Shown: in pieces, positions 17,613-27,273 of the stretch | Layout: the number at the start of each line of letters is the position of its first letter | How positions within the stretch are numbered: position 1 is the first letter of the stretch | From: Phycisphaera mikurensis NBRC 102666 | GTDB taxonomy: Bacteria > Planctomycetota > Phycisphaerae > Phycisphaerales > Phycisphaeraceae | Assembly: GCF_000284115.1 (NCBI RefSeq) | Contig: NC_017080.1 | Location: 3,030,001-3,062,000, forward strand | Length of the DNA stretch: 32,000 nt | Direction: 5' to 3' | Notes under the pieces: generated by a model | The model's database searches: none | The model's input: the letters and a program-made list of their open reading frames with translations, nothing else | Told to the model about the DNA's origin: nothing | Made by a program: the position numbers and the translations under genes

Positions 17613-18293
17613 CTATCGACGCGCGAGGATCATCCCCTGGAAGCGGCGGCCCTCCGGGATGTACTTCCGCTCGAAGTTGGTGCCGACCCACTCGCCGGGG
17701 CCCGCGGACGCGGGCGGCACGTAGGGCCTCCGCTCGAAGACGTCCTCCACGCGCGCGGCGTGCGCCTGCATCCACTCGAAGTAGCCCTCGTGGTCCGTCG
17801 CCACCCGCAGCACGCCGCCAGGCCCGAGCACCCGGTGCACCTCCCGCAGGAAGGGCTCCTGAAAGCTCCGCCTCTTGTGGTGCCGATCCTTCGGCCACGG
17901 GTCGGGGAAGTAGAGGTGGACCGCCGCGAAGACCCCGTCGCCGCAGTGAGCGCGGACGAAGGCCTCCGCGTCGTGCCACAGCAGCCGCACGTTGGAGAGG
18001 CCCAGGCGACGAGCACGGTCGGCGGCGTGCCGCCAGAAGGGCTTCGCGATCTCGACCCCCAGGAAGTCGGTCCCGGGCTGCAGGGGAGCCTGTTGCGCGA
18101 GGAAGGTGCCCTTGCCCGAGCCGATCTCCAGCTCCAGCGGCCGCTGCCCCCCGTCCGCGTCGGGCTTGAAGCCGAAGACCTCCCGCAGGTCGATCGGCGT
18201 CCGGCCACCGGCCCCCGCGGCCGGCAGCACGTCCCGATCGAAGCCGAAGCCCGAGACGTCCGGAGGATGGTTGCTGGAGAGGGAGGCGGTCAT
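17613..18293 (-). CDS. trmB: tRNA (guanine-N7-)-methyltransferase
   Basis: PLELEIGSGKGTFLAQQA, FLGVEIAKPF, VRLLWHDAEAFV, AVHLYFPDPWPKDRHHKRRSFQEPFLREVHRVLGPGGVLRVATDHEGYFEWM, TNFERKYIPEGR. Confidence 0.95.
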   Translation of the reverse strand: MTASLSSNHPPDVSGFGFDRDVLPAAGAGGRTPIDLREVFGFKPDADGGQRPLELEIGSGKGTFLAQQAPLQPGTDFLGVEIAKPFWRHAADRARRLGLSNVRLLWHDAEAFVRAHCGDGVFAAVHLYFPDPWPKDRHHKRRSFQEPFLREVHRVLGPGGVLRVATDHEGYFEWMQAHAARVEDVFERRPYVPPASAGPGEWVGTNFERKYIPEGRRFQGMILARR

Positions 18294-18710
18294 GCGGGCA
18301 CCGTATGGGGGCGGTGCGTGATCCAAGGCTGGGGCATCCGGGAGGAAAGAACGCCTCGGAGTCGAAAGAGGCAACGCGAGGCGGCCACCACCGGCGGACC
18401 GACCCGGCTCCGCCGAGTGCGCGCAAAAAACAGGCCCGCCGGACCATCCGACGGACCTGTCGCACGGGAAGCGGGTCCGGAGTCAAACGTCCAAAACGTT
18501 CAGCCGCAGGATAGGCAAGCCGCCCCCGCCGTCAAGAGGCCATCCATCGGTCGGGCTTTGCGCGGGTTCTCCACCGCGATCGTTCGCTCCAAATCGGCCA
18601 GGTCGTTCCTCACCGATTCCCGCCGCCCCTATGCTCCCGGGTGCGTCCGGCGTCCGCCGGGGCCGCACACCCCGCTGCTCCACGGCTTCACCGCTTTCCT
18701 GCCCCGCGTT

Positions 18711-19625
18711 TTGGAACCCACTTTCTCTCCCCGCCGCGTCGCCCGAGCCATCGGGGTCAGCGAGTCGTCGCTCAAGCGTTGGGCGGACGACGGGCGGCTT
18801 TCCGTGCACCGCACGGTCGGAGGGCACCGCAGGATCCACCGCGCCGAGGCGCTGCGGTTCGTGCGTGAGGCGGGGCTGCAGGTGCGTCGGCCCGACCTGC
18901 TGGGCCTGCCCAACCCCAGCGTGCCCACCGACGGGAGCGGGCGGGCCCGCGAGGGCGGCGACCCCGCCGCCACGCTGTACGACCTGCTCACCGCCTGCCA
19001 CCCCCGCGGGGTCCACGCGTTCCTGCTCGACCTGTACATGAGCGGGATGCCCGTGGCGGCCATCTGCGACGGCCCGATCCGCGAGGCGATGTCCCGCATC
19101 GGCGAGCTGTGGAAGTGCGAGCGGGAACGCGGGATCGTCGTGGAGCACCGGGCGACCTCCGCTCTGCTCCAGGGCGTCGCCTCGCTGCGTTCGGTCGTCA
19201 CCCACGCCCCGCAAGAGGGACTCGAACACCGGGTCCGCCCGGTCGTGCTCGGCGGCTCTCCCACCGGCGATCCGTACCTGATGCCCTCGATCCTCACCGC
19301 CTGGGTGCTCGCCGAGGCGGGGTTCGCCGACATCAACCTCGGCCCGGAGACGCCGGCGGAAGCCTTCGTCTCCGCCATCGACGACCACAAGCCCGCGATC
19401 GCCTGGATTGCCTGCTCGGTGCCCGACGCGCGGCCGAGCACCAACGATCTGAAGGACGTGCTCAAGGCCCTCGCCCCCCACGGCGGCTCCCTGGTCATCG
19501 GTGGCCGCGGCTTCTCTGCCGACCCACCCCCGCCGCTGCCGCGGATGAGCTTCTGCGCCACGATGAGCGACATCCACGGCTTCACCGCCGCGTTGCGCGA
19601 GCTCGACGCCGCGCCGGGGAACTGA
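18711..19625 (+). CDS. MerR-like HTH regulator with a C-terminal B12-binding-fold (LitR/CarH-like) domain; proposed TTG start
   Basis: (L)EPTFSPRRVARAIGVSESSLKRWADDGRLSVHRTVGGHRRIHRAEALRFV HTH; then helical segment and LGGSPTGDPYLMPSILTAWVLAEAGFADINLGPETPAEAFVSAI...IAWIACSVPD...LVIGGRGF. No in-frame ATG near the HTH. Confidence 0.8.
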   Translation: MEPTFSPRRVARAIGVSESSLKRWADDGRLSVHRTVGGHRRIHRAEALRFVREAGLQVRRPDLLGLPNPSVPTDGSGRAREGGDPAATLYDLLTACHPRGVHAFLLDLYMSGMPVAAICDGPIREAMSRIGELWKCERERGIVVEHRATSALLQGVASLRSVVTHAPQEGLEHRVRPVVLGGSPTGDPYLMPSILTAWVLAEAGFADINLGPETPAEAFVSAIDDHKPAIAWIACSVPDARPSTNDLKDVLKALAPHGGSLVIGGRGFSADPPPPLPRMSFCATMSDIHGFTAALRELDAAPGN

Positions 19626-19652
19626 TCGCTCCGCCGCCGGTACGTTGACCGC

Positions 19653-21743
19653 ATGCCTCGCGTACAGCTGCCGGATGGAACGAACGTCGACGCCCCCGCC
19701 GACGCCACCGCGCGCACCGTCGCCGCCGGCATCGGCGAAGGTCTGGCCAGGGCCGCCCTCGGCGCCCGCGTTGCCGGCGAGCTCGTCGACGCCGACCGGC
19801 CCCTCGCCGAAGCCGCCCCCGCCGGCGCGGAGGAGCCGCTGGAGCTGGGCATCGTCACCGCTCCCCGCTCCGACAAGAAAGGCCGGAGCAAGTGGCGGGA
19901 CGATGCCCACGAGAAGGACGCCCTGTTCCTGCTCCGCCACTCCGCCGCGCACGTCATGGCCGAGGCGATCCTGCGGCTGCATCCCGATGCGGAGCTCGCC
20001 TACGGCCCCCCGTTGGAGACCGGCTTCTATTACGACCTCGCGCTGGAGACGCCGATCTCCAGCGACGACTTCGAGAAGATCGAGGCGTCGATGCGTGAGA
20101 TCGCCGAGGAGGACCGCCCTTTCACCCGGATCGGTCTTCCCGTGGCCGACGGCCGGATCAAGCTCGAGGCCGAGGGCAACAAGTACAAGCTCGACAACGC
20201 CGATCGCGCCGCGGACCAGGGCGCCAACGTTCTGTCTTGGTACATCACCGGTGAGGCGGGCTCGGGCGCCTTCGAAGACCTCTGCCAAGGCCCGCACGTC
20301 GACCGCACCGGCCGGCTGGGCGCCTTCAAGATCACCGCCGTCAGTCAGTCCCACTGGCACGGCGACACCAACAGCGATCGCTTCCAGCGCGTCTACGGCA
20401 CCGCCTTCTTCACCGAGGCCGACCTGGCCGATCACCTCGAGAAGCTGGAGGAGGCCAAGCAGCGGGACCACCGCGTCATCGGCAAGAGGCTCGGCCTGTT
20501 CGCGATCGACGAGGAGGTCGGCGGCGGGCTGGTGCTGTGGAAGCCCGACGGCGCCGTGATCCGCCAGGAGCTGCAGACCTTCATCGGCGAGCACCTCGCT
20601 CGTCAGGGCTACAGCCAGGTCTTCACGCCGCACATCGGCAAGCTGGGCCTCTACCGCACCAGCGGGCACTTCCCGTACTACGCCGACTCCCAGTTTCCCC
20701 CGCTGATCGACCGCGAGACGATCGGCAAGCTCGCCGACGAGGGCTGCTCCTGCGCCGACCTCTCCGCGAAGCTCAGCGCCGGCGACGTCGACGGGTACCT
20801 GCTCAAGCCGATGAACTGCCCGCACCACATCCGCATCTACGCGGACGGCAAGCACAGCCACCGGGACCTGCCCATCCGCCTCGCTGAATTCGGCACCGTG
20901 TACCGCTGGGAGCAGAGCGGCGAGCTCGGCGGAATGACCCGCGTCCGCGGCTTCACCCAGGACGACGCCCACCTGTTCGTCACGCCGGAGCAGCTTGGTG
21001 CCGAGGTCCGCGGCTGCATCGACCTGGTGAAAGCCGTTTTTGAAACCCTCGGCATGGCCGACTACCGCGTGCGGGTCGGGCTGCGAGACCCCGACTCCTC
21101 GAAGTTCGTCGGCGATCCGGAGGACTGGGACCTGGCGGAGCGAGCCTGCAGGGAGGCGGCATCCTCCCTGGGCGTTGCCTTCTCGGAAGAACCCGGCGAG
21201 GCCGCGTTCTATGGCCCGAAGATCGACTTCGTCGTCCGCGACGTGATCGGTCGCGAGTGGCAGCTGGGCACGGTGCAGGTGGACTATCAGCTGCCGCAGC
21301 GTTTCGGCCTGCGTTACACCGGCGCCGACAACGCCGAGCACGTTCCGGTGATGATCCACCGCGCGCCCTTCGGCAGCATGGAGCGTTTCGTCGGCTGCCT
21401 GATCGAGCACTTCGGCGGGCGTTTCCCCCTCTGGCTCGCCCCCCACCAGGTCCGCGTCCTGCCCGTCAGCGAGAAATTCGATGGCTATGCCGGCCAGATC
21501 TGCGAGGAGCTGAAGGCCGCCGGCCTCCGCGCCTCCGTGGACAGCCGCAGCGGCCGCGTCGGGGCGAAGATCGCGAGCGCTCAGGCACAAGAGGTTCCGT
21601 ACATGCTCGTCGTCGGCGGCAAGGACGAGGCCGCCGGCACCGTCAGCGTCCGCACCCTCACCGCCGACCTCGGTGCCGTTCCCCGCGCCAGCTTCCTCGC
21701 GCGCGTCATCCGGGAGCGCGACGAGCGGGCGCTGCCTGCTTGA
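19653..21743 (+). CDS. thrS: Threonyl-tRNA synthetase
   Basis: N-terminal TGS domain, HSAAHVMAEAILRLHP...YGPPLETGFYYDL, YLLKPMNCPHHIRIYADGKHSHRDLPIRLAEFGTVYRWEQSGELGGMTRVRGFTQDDAHLF, C-terminal anticodon-binding domain. Confidence 0.97.
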   Translation: MPRVQLPDGTNVDAPADATARTVAAGIGEGLARAALGARVAGELVDADRPLAEAAPAGAEEPLELGIVTAPRSDKKGRSKWRDDAHEKDALFLLRHSAAHVMAEAILRLHPDAELAYGPPLETGFYYDLALETPISSDDFEKIEASMREIAEEDRPFTRIGLPVADGRIKLEAEGNKYKLDNADRAADQGANVLSWYITGEAGSGAFEDLCQGPHVDRTGRLGAFKITAVSQSHWHGDTNSDRFQRVYGTAFFTEADLADHLEKLEEAKQRDHRVIGKRLGLFAIDEEVGGGLVLWKPDGAVIRQELQTFIGEHLARQGYSQVFTPHIGKLGLYRTSGHFPYYADSQFPPLIDRETIGKLADEGCSCADLSAKLSAGDVDGYLLKPMNCPHHIRIYADGKHSHRDLPIRLAEFGTVYRWEQSGELGGMTRVRGFTQDDAHLFVTPEQLGAEVRGCIDLVKAVFETLGMADYRVRVGLRDPDSSKFVGDPEDWDLAERACREAASSLGVAFSEEPGEAAFYGPKIDFVVRDVIGREWQLGTVQVDYQLPQRFGLRYTGADNAEHVPVMIHRAPFGSMERFVGCLIEHFGGRFPLWLAPHQVRVLPVSEKFDGYAGQICEELKAAGLRASVDSRSGRVGAKIASAQAQEVPYMLVVGGKDEAAGTVSVRTLTADLGAVPRASFLARVIRERDERALPA

Positions 21744-22126
21744 GGCACGCCCATCCCCCCCCATCCTTCATTTGCGCTTGCGGACCGCGGAGCCGGAGGC
21801 CGCACGAGAGCCCCCACCCGCGAAACATGCCGCGCGGTCTCTAGCACCCGAGAGAGACTGCCCGCGGCGGCTTCCCCTCCTCTCCAGCCTTCCGCAGGGG
21901 CCTGGCCACCTCCAGGAACGGCTGCGGACGCGGGTTCTTGGCCGATGATGCTCGCCCGGGGCGGAATCGACGGCTGGGAGGACGCGGTTGGACGCTGCCG
22001 TCGAGTTACCGGGAGGTGAGAAGCCGCAATCGGTGCTTGGACGCCGGTTTTCGCGTCTGTGGGCGCAGCAGACAGCCGAGGCCGCGGGCGGCACGGTCTC
22101 GACGCAGGGCATGAGAAGGGACCCGC

Positions 22127-23119
22127 TCAGAAGTGCGGCGAGCCGCGGGCGAAGCGCGGGAAGCCGGAAAGCAGGTCGTCGGGATCCAGCCCCAGACGCT
22201 CGAAGATGGAAGCGGCGTCACGGGGGATCGTCGCCTTCCCCTCGCGGAACAGGCGCGAGGCGATGTCGAGGAGATTCAGATAACGCCGCAGCGTGAGCCC
22301 GGGGAGGACCACGCGGGAAGCCGTTTCGCCACCCGGCGACGCGTCCCCCTCAAGCGCCACCAGCCACGAAGCGGGGGTGCGGGCCTCCGGAGCGGCGGCC
22401 ACGGAGGTAAGGCACCCGAGGCGGCCCTCCAGGGAGGTGAAGCGACCGGCTTCGGGGGTGATGCAGAGGCGGGCGGCCAGCGGGTTCAAGTCGACGTAGA
22501 CCATCGTCTTCACGAGCTGGCCACGCTCCTGATCCGTGATCGGCTTGCTCTTGAAGCGACCGGCCCAGAAGGGGCCCTTGGCTCCGTCGAGCTTGTTCGC
22601 CACGACGGCGACGTGCTGCTTGAGGTCCTTCATGAACTGCGAAAGGTTCATCAGCTTCCGGCGGGTGCTGGCGACGAACTCGGCGTCACCGGCCAGCGCA
22701 GCGACGTCCTCAGGCTCCAACGCCACCGGCCCGCGTCGATCCCGGACCGGGTGCAGCGACAGCCAGCGGCCAACGACCTCCTCGGGGGACCAGGCGCTTC
22801 CCCAACCCGGGACGCTCCTCAGAACGAGATGGATGTGATTCCCCATCACGCAGAAGGCGATCACCTCAATGCAGAAGACGCCCGCCAGCCGCTCCACCCG
22901 GTCCAGGAGCAGCCGCTTGTGTCCGTCGACCATCCCGTCGAGCACACGATCATCCTCGCGGAACTCCGGCGGCGGTTCATCCAGAAGGAACAGCTCCCGC
23001 GAGCAGCGGCTCGTGACGTGCCAGACCTGCGGACGCTCCGGGTCGACGACGAGGTGGCGATTGCGGCGAGCGATGCGGAAGCCTTGCAGCCCGAAGAAAC
23101 GCGGAGGACCCGGAACCAA
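22127..23119 (-). mobile_element. IS200/TnpA_REP (RAYT)-like protein, possibly tyrosine-less; proposed TTG start
   Basis: RPQVWHVTSRC...FCIEVIAFCVMGNHIHLVLRSVPG (HUH motif HIH)...LMNLSQFMKDLKQHVAVVANKLDGAKGPFWAGRFKSKPITDQERGQLVKTMVYVDLNPLAARLC. Confidence 0.8.
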
Positions 23120-23130
23120 GCGTCTCCACC

Positions 23131-26100
23131 CTAACGGTCGCTCTTCCGAATGGCAAGGCTCATGTTCGGTCCCTGATCGAGGTCTCCGCCGGCGGCGGGG
23201 GTCGGCCGCGGGCTCTTTCCGCCGGCGTGTCGCAGGCGCGAGCGCGATCCATCCGAAGGCCGTGGCTGATTCATCGCCTCGCAGCAGGCCCGCACGGTGT
23301 CGATGACCCGGCCCGCCGCTCCTGTCGCCTCCTCGAGCCCGTACATCATCAGCACCGACCGCGCGCGGGTCATCGCGACGTAGAGGCTGTCGGCCAGGGG
23401 GCCGCGGCTTCTCGCCACGAAGCCGTCGAGGCCGAGGATCACCACGACCTCGGCTTCGTGGCCCTTGAAGGATTGCGCGGTGGTCAGCAGCAGCGTGTTC
23501 TCGCGTCGTTCGAAGCCGCGGCCGGTCTGCCGCGACAGCTCGATGCCGATCGCCCGCATCGCGGGGCCGAGGAGCGCCTCCGCCTCGGCGCTCACGGCCG
23601 CGCCGTTGTACAGAAGCACGACGTCGGCCGCAGGCACCCGCTCGTCCACCAGCAGCCACCGCAGGTGCTTGGCGACGGCGGCCAGCTCCAGGGTGCGCGT
23701 CGCGAGCGTTCGGAGCCTCGGCGGCGGCCCCTCGCGGTCGTTGAAGCGGACGCCGATCCACCGCTCGCCCTCGCGCTCCTCGAGCACCACGAGCCTCCGC
23801 CGGACGAACTCCTTCAGGTCGGTCCGCCCCGCCGCGTCGGCGAGCCGCTCGCGGACGTTGATCGCGAGCTCCGCGACCGGCCGCGTCCCGCGGAAGCTTT
23901 CGGTCATCACCGTCGACCGCCCACGCACGTCGAGGCCGAGATGAGACCACACCGGCGGCTTCCGGTCGTACACGTTCTGCGCGTTGTCGTAGAAGACGTG
24001 CGCCGCCCGGCGGCCCGCGTCCTCGGGATCGGTTGCCCGCACCATCGCCAGCAGCAGGCGCAGCGTGGCGGGGCTCATGTCCTGCGCCTCGTCGATGAAC
24101 AGCGCCTCGCAGCGCGGCAGCCCCGACGCGGCATCGCCGTCGACGCCTCCGTTCCGGGCCAGCAGCCACTCCGCCGCGGCGTCGTGCTCGAAATCGTCCT
24201 TCCCCAGCCGGCCCGAGCCACCGGGCAGCAGGTCGCGGAGAACGTCGCGCACGTGCAGCAGCTGCGTCCGCTCCCAGGGGAAGGCTTCCTGACCGAAGAG
24301 CCCGCCGTCCGCCCGCGCCCGCTCGAACCAGGCCTGCTCCACACCGCTCCGCAGCATCGGCTCCAGAGCGCGGTTGGCGAAGACCGCCCACACCTGCGAC
24401 CCCGCATCGGGCCAGCCTTCCCGGCCGAAACGGAGCACCGTCTTCACGAGCCAGTGGCAGAGGACCAGCGACTTCCCGCTGCCCGCGACCCCGCGGACCA
24501 GACGCGGTTTGCCGTCGAGCGGGAGGTCCACCAGCCGCTGCTGCTCGGCGGAGAGCACCGGAGACGAGGCTCGCCGCCGGGCGATCTGGCCGCCGAGCGT
24601 GTCGGCGTGGGCCGCGTCGTCGACGGCGTAGGCCGCCCGCGATTCCGACACGCGGTCCGCCTCGACCGCCTCCCACAGCGGCGGGTCGCCGGGCCGCAGC
24701 CGCGACGCGGTCAGCGTCTGCCGCAGGGCCGCGAGGTACGGCTGGGCCATCTCATCGCGGCTGGCGAGGACGACCACGGCCTCCCGTGCCCGCGAGAGCG
24801 CCACGTTCACCAGCCGCCGCCACTCCTCCGCCGGGAAGCCAGCGCTGCCGGCGTGCACCGTGTCGAAGACGACGACGTCCGCCTGCGAGCCCTGCTGCCG
24901 GTGGACCGTCGACGCCGACCACGACGTGGAGCCGCGCACCCTCAGCCACGCGCTCACCGCGTCCGCCTGCGCCCGGTACGGCGAGACGAAGAGCCCGTGC
25001 TTGTCGTGCAACCCGCAGCCGTCGATGAGCCGCCCGAGCAGGTCCATCGTCACCGGCCTCACCCAGCTCCGCCCGCCGGGCCCGCGCTCGGCCCGCATCC
25101 GCGCCAGCGGCACGTCCTCCGCGTCGAGCACCCACCACACGACTCTTCCGTGCTCCGCGAGGGGAGACGGCAGCTTCGAAGCACGCGCGGCGGTCTCCGG
25201 GGCCGTCTCAAGGAAGCCGCCGTAGCGGTAGCCCGAAACCACGCGGCAGACCTCCGGGTGCATCCGCCGCTGCTCCTTCAACACGTGGACGCCGCGCGGC
25301 GCGTCGGCCGGGTCGTCCAGGTGCGAGAGGGCCGACGATCGCAGCCACCGCTGCTCCCGCGTGGGCAGCAGCCGTGCCCGCGTCGCGATCGGGGAGAGCT
25401 GCCGCGGGTCCCCGACCAGCACCACCCGCCGCGCCGCCAGCAGCGACAGCGCCGCGACCGACGCCCGCGAGAGCAACCCGGCCTCGTCGATGACGACCGT
25501 CGTGAACGGGGCGTCGTCGTCCTCGATCATCTCCCGCACCCGCTCCCGCTTCAGCTGGGCCGAGCCCGCGGCCGAGGTCGCCACCACCGCGCGGACGCAG
25601 GGGTCGAGGAAGACGTCGCCGCCGCCGGGTCGGGCGGCGAGACGGGAGATCCGCAACCGCGAGCGCGCCCGCTCCGCGGCCTCACGCTCGCTCGCGATCG
25701 CCTCCTGCAGCGCTTCGATCTCGGCCGCGGTGGCTTCATCCGCTCCGCGCAGCATCGACGCCAGCCCGGCCCGCTCGAAGTCGGTACGCCGTGCCCCGCG
25801 TCCCGGTCGGCACACCCCGGCGACCGCGCCGGCCAGGTCGATCTCCTCGGTCGCCCCCGAACGCGCCGCGACCGCCTCCTCGATCAACGCCCCGCCGATC
25901 GACAGGGCCACCTCGTCCGTCGCCCGGTTGGTCGTCGAGAGCACGAGCACCCGCTCGGATGGATCCCGGAGGGCCGCCGCCACTTGGAGCCCGGTCGTGT
26001 GGGTCTTGCCGGTGCCCGGCGGCCCCCACAACACCGACCACCCGCGTCCCCACCAGCCCGAAAGCTCCGAGAGGGCACCCGACCGCACCGCCTCTTCCGG

Positions 26101-26694
26101 CTCGGGCACCCGCGGGTGGATCCCGCCGCGCGACGCACGCAGCCGCGGCCCCAGCCGCTCTCGCACCGCCGCGTAGGCGTCTGCCGTGTAGACCAGGTCC
26201 ATCGCCTCCTGATGATCGAACGGCGACACCCAGAACGCTCCGCGGCCGGGCACCTGCGCCGGGTCCCGCAACGCCACGAACACCACGGCGTTCGCCTCGT
26301 CCACCTCCAGCACCTCACCCCGCCACCGCACCCAGTCCTCCGGCGGCGGATCCCGCATCAGCCGCTCCCGCACGCCGGCCAGCCCCTCCACCAGCCCGAA
26401 GGCGCTGGCTCCCTCCCAGGTCCAGTCGCAGGCGTCGGCTCCCTCGACCTTGATGGCCACGACCGCCGAGGCCGCGTCGCCCGGTCCCGCCTCCTCCGCC
26501 CGCGCCTCCACGTCGACCCGAACCGCGGACAGGCGGCGGGGCACCAGCCGCTCGGCGCTCTCCTCCCGGACCGCCCGGGCGGCCTCTGCGAGCTCCTCGA
26601 CGCCGGGCCCGGGCAGGCGCAGCGACACCGGAAACGAGGCGGGTTCGAAGTCCGCAGCGGTCCCGGTGCCGGGCTCGGCGGAAGCTTCAGCCAC
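23131..26694 (-). CDS. Large fused SF1 helicase/ATPase: N-terminal UPF1/DNA2-like module plus C-terminal UvrD/Rep-like module
   Basis: Module 1: VLWGPPGTGKTHTT, TTVVIDEAGLLS, VVLVGDPRQLSPI, LKEQRRMHPEV, STVHRQQGSQADVVVFDTV, LVNVALSRAREAVVVL. Module 2: RLVRGVAGSGKSLVLCHW, EALFIDEAQDMSPATLRLLL, TESFRGTRP, LLLTTAQSFKGHEAEVVVILG, LYVAMTRARSVLMM. Start inferred (GTG at 26694); the ORF is open to ATG 26805. Confidence 0.85.
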   Translation of the reverse strand: MAEASAEPGTGTAADFEPASFPVSLRLPGPGVEELAEAARAVREESAERLVPRRLSAVRVDVEARAEEAGPGDAASAVVAIKVEGADACDWTWEGASAFGLVEGLAGVRERLMRDPPPEDWVRWRGEVLEVDEANAVVFVALRDPAQVPGRGAFWVSPFDHQEAMDLVYTADAYAAVRERLGPRLRASRGGIHPRVPEPEEAVRSGALSELSGWWGRGWSVLWGPPGTGKTHTTGLQVAAALRDPSERVLVLSTTNRATDEVALSIGGALIEEAVAARSGATEEIDLAGAVAGVCRPGRGARRTDFERAGLASMLRGADEATAAEIEALQEAIASEREAAERARSRLRISRLAARPGGGDVFLDPCVRAVVATSAAGSAQLKRERVREMIEDDDAPFTTVVIDEAGLLSRASVAALSLLAARRVVLVGDPRQLSPIATRARLLPTREQRWLRSSALSHLDDPADAPRGVHVLKEQRRMHPEVCRVVSGYRYGGFLETAPETAARASKLPSPLAEHGRVVWWVLDAEDVPLARMRAERGPGGRSWVRPVTMDLLGRLIDGCGLHDKHGLFVSPYRAQADAVSAWLRVRGSTSWSASTVHRQQGSQADVVVFDTVHAGSAGFPAEEWRRLVNVALSRAREAVVVLASRDEMAQPYLAALRQTLTASRLRPGDPPLWEAVEADRVSESRAAYAVDDAAHADTLGGQIARRRASSPVLSAEQQRLVDLPLDGKPRLVRGVAGSGKSLVLCHWLVKTVLRFGREGWPDAGSQVWAVFANRALEPMLRSGVEQAWFERARADGGLFGQEAFPWERTQLLHVRDVLRDLLPGGSGRLGKDDFEHDAAAEWLLARNGGVDGDAASGLPRCEALFIDEAQDMSPATLRLLLAMVRATDPEDAGRRAAHVFYDNAQNVYDRKPPVWSHLGLDVRGRSTVMTESFRGTRPVAELAINVRERLADAAGRTDLKEFVRRRLVVLEEREGERWIGVRFNDREGPPPRLRTLATRTLELAAVAKHLRWLLVDERVPAADVVLLYNGAAVSAEAEALLGPAMRAIGIELSRQTGRGFERRENTLLLTTAQSFKGHEAEVVVILGLDGFVARSRGPLADSLYVAMTRARSVLMMYGLEEATGAAGRVIDTVRACCEAMNQPRPSDGSRSRLRHAGGKSPRPTPAAGGDLDQGPNMSLAIRKSDR

Positions 26695-27273
26695 GCCGCG
26701 ACCCCGTGTCGTTGCTCCCACGGCAAGCCCGCGGCCGCACCGGAACCCGATGGTCTGTGGAGCCCGGGGCCGGACCCGGATCCGGAACGAGGGCCGGGTC
26801 CGCAACGGAGATGCGCAAGCCCGATCGCTCCTTCGCGATGGGGCGTCGGGAGCGGAAGATCAAGACAATCTCCTTCAGAAACCGGCCCCCAAGCCAGGAG
26901 CCGGGCGAGCGACCGCACCCGATTCCGCGAACACCGTAGCCGGCATCGCGAGGCTCAACGAGCCGGCCGCCGCCGGGCCGCGACCCGGGCCGCCTCGCTG
27001 CCGCCCCTCCGGCCCCGGGCGGACCGCGGGCGGACCGCGGGCGGCTCGGCACCCACGCCGCGGAGGATTCTGTCCTGAGAAGATTACCGGAGGGATCGCA
27101 CGAACGCCGGGTGGCGCTCCGCAGCGGGCGTGCCCGGTCCGCGGGGGTTGGCATGGCGTGTGGCCCGCGCCACCCGCGTGTCGAAGGTCCTGCTTCGGGT
27201 GCTCGGGACGCATCTCCCGCTGTCCTTCCGTGCGCGGCCGCCGCCCGCCTCGCCCGGTAGCGTCCCGCCGCCC

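Noticed and set aside
18374-18620. tRNA or small RNA gene in the trmB/MerR intergenic region
   Set aside because: No cloverleaf, TPsiC-loop-like sequence or clear hairpin plus T-tract could be made out by eye.
18483-21764. 1093-aa minus-strand ORF
   Set aside because: Antisense to thrS and the MerR/B12 gene; typical high-GC shadow ORF.
21768-22112. 114-aa minus-strand ORF between thrS and the RAYT-like gene
   Set aside because: No recognisable motifs or codon-usage support; the region is better treated as intergenic or degenerate sequence.
23227-27078. 1283-aa plus-strand ORF
   Set aside because: Antisense to the motif-rich dual helicase; no recognisable domain.
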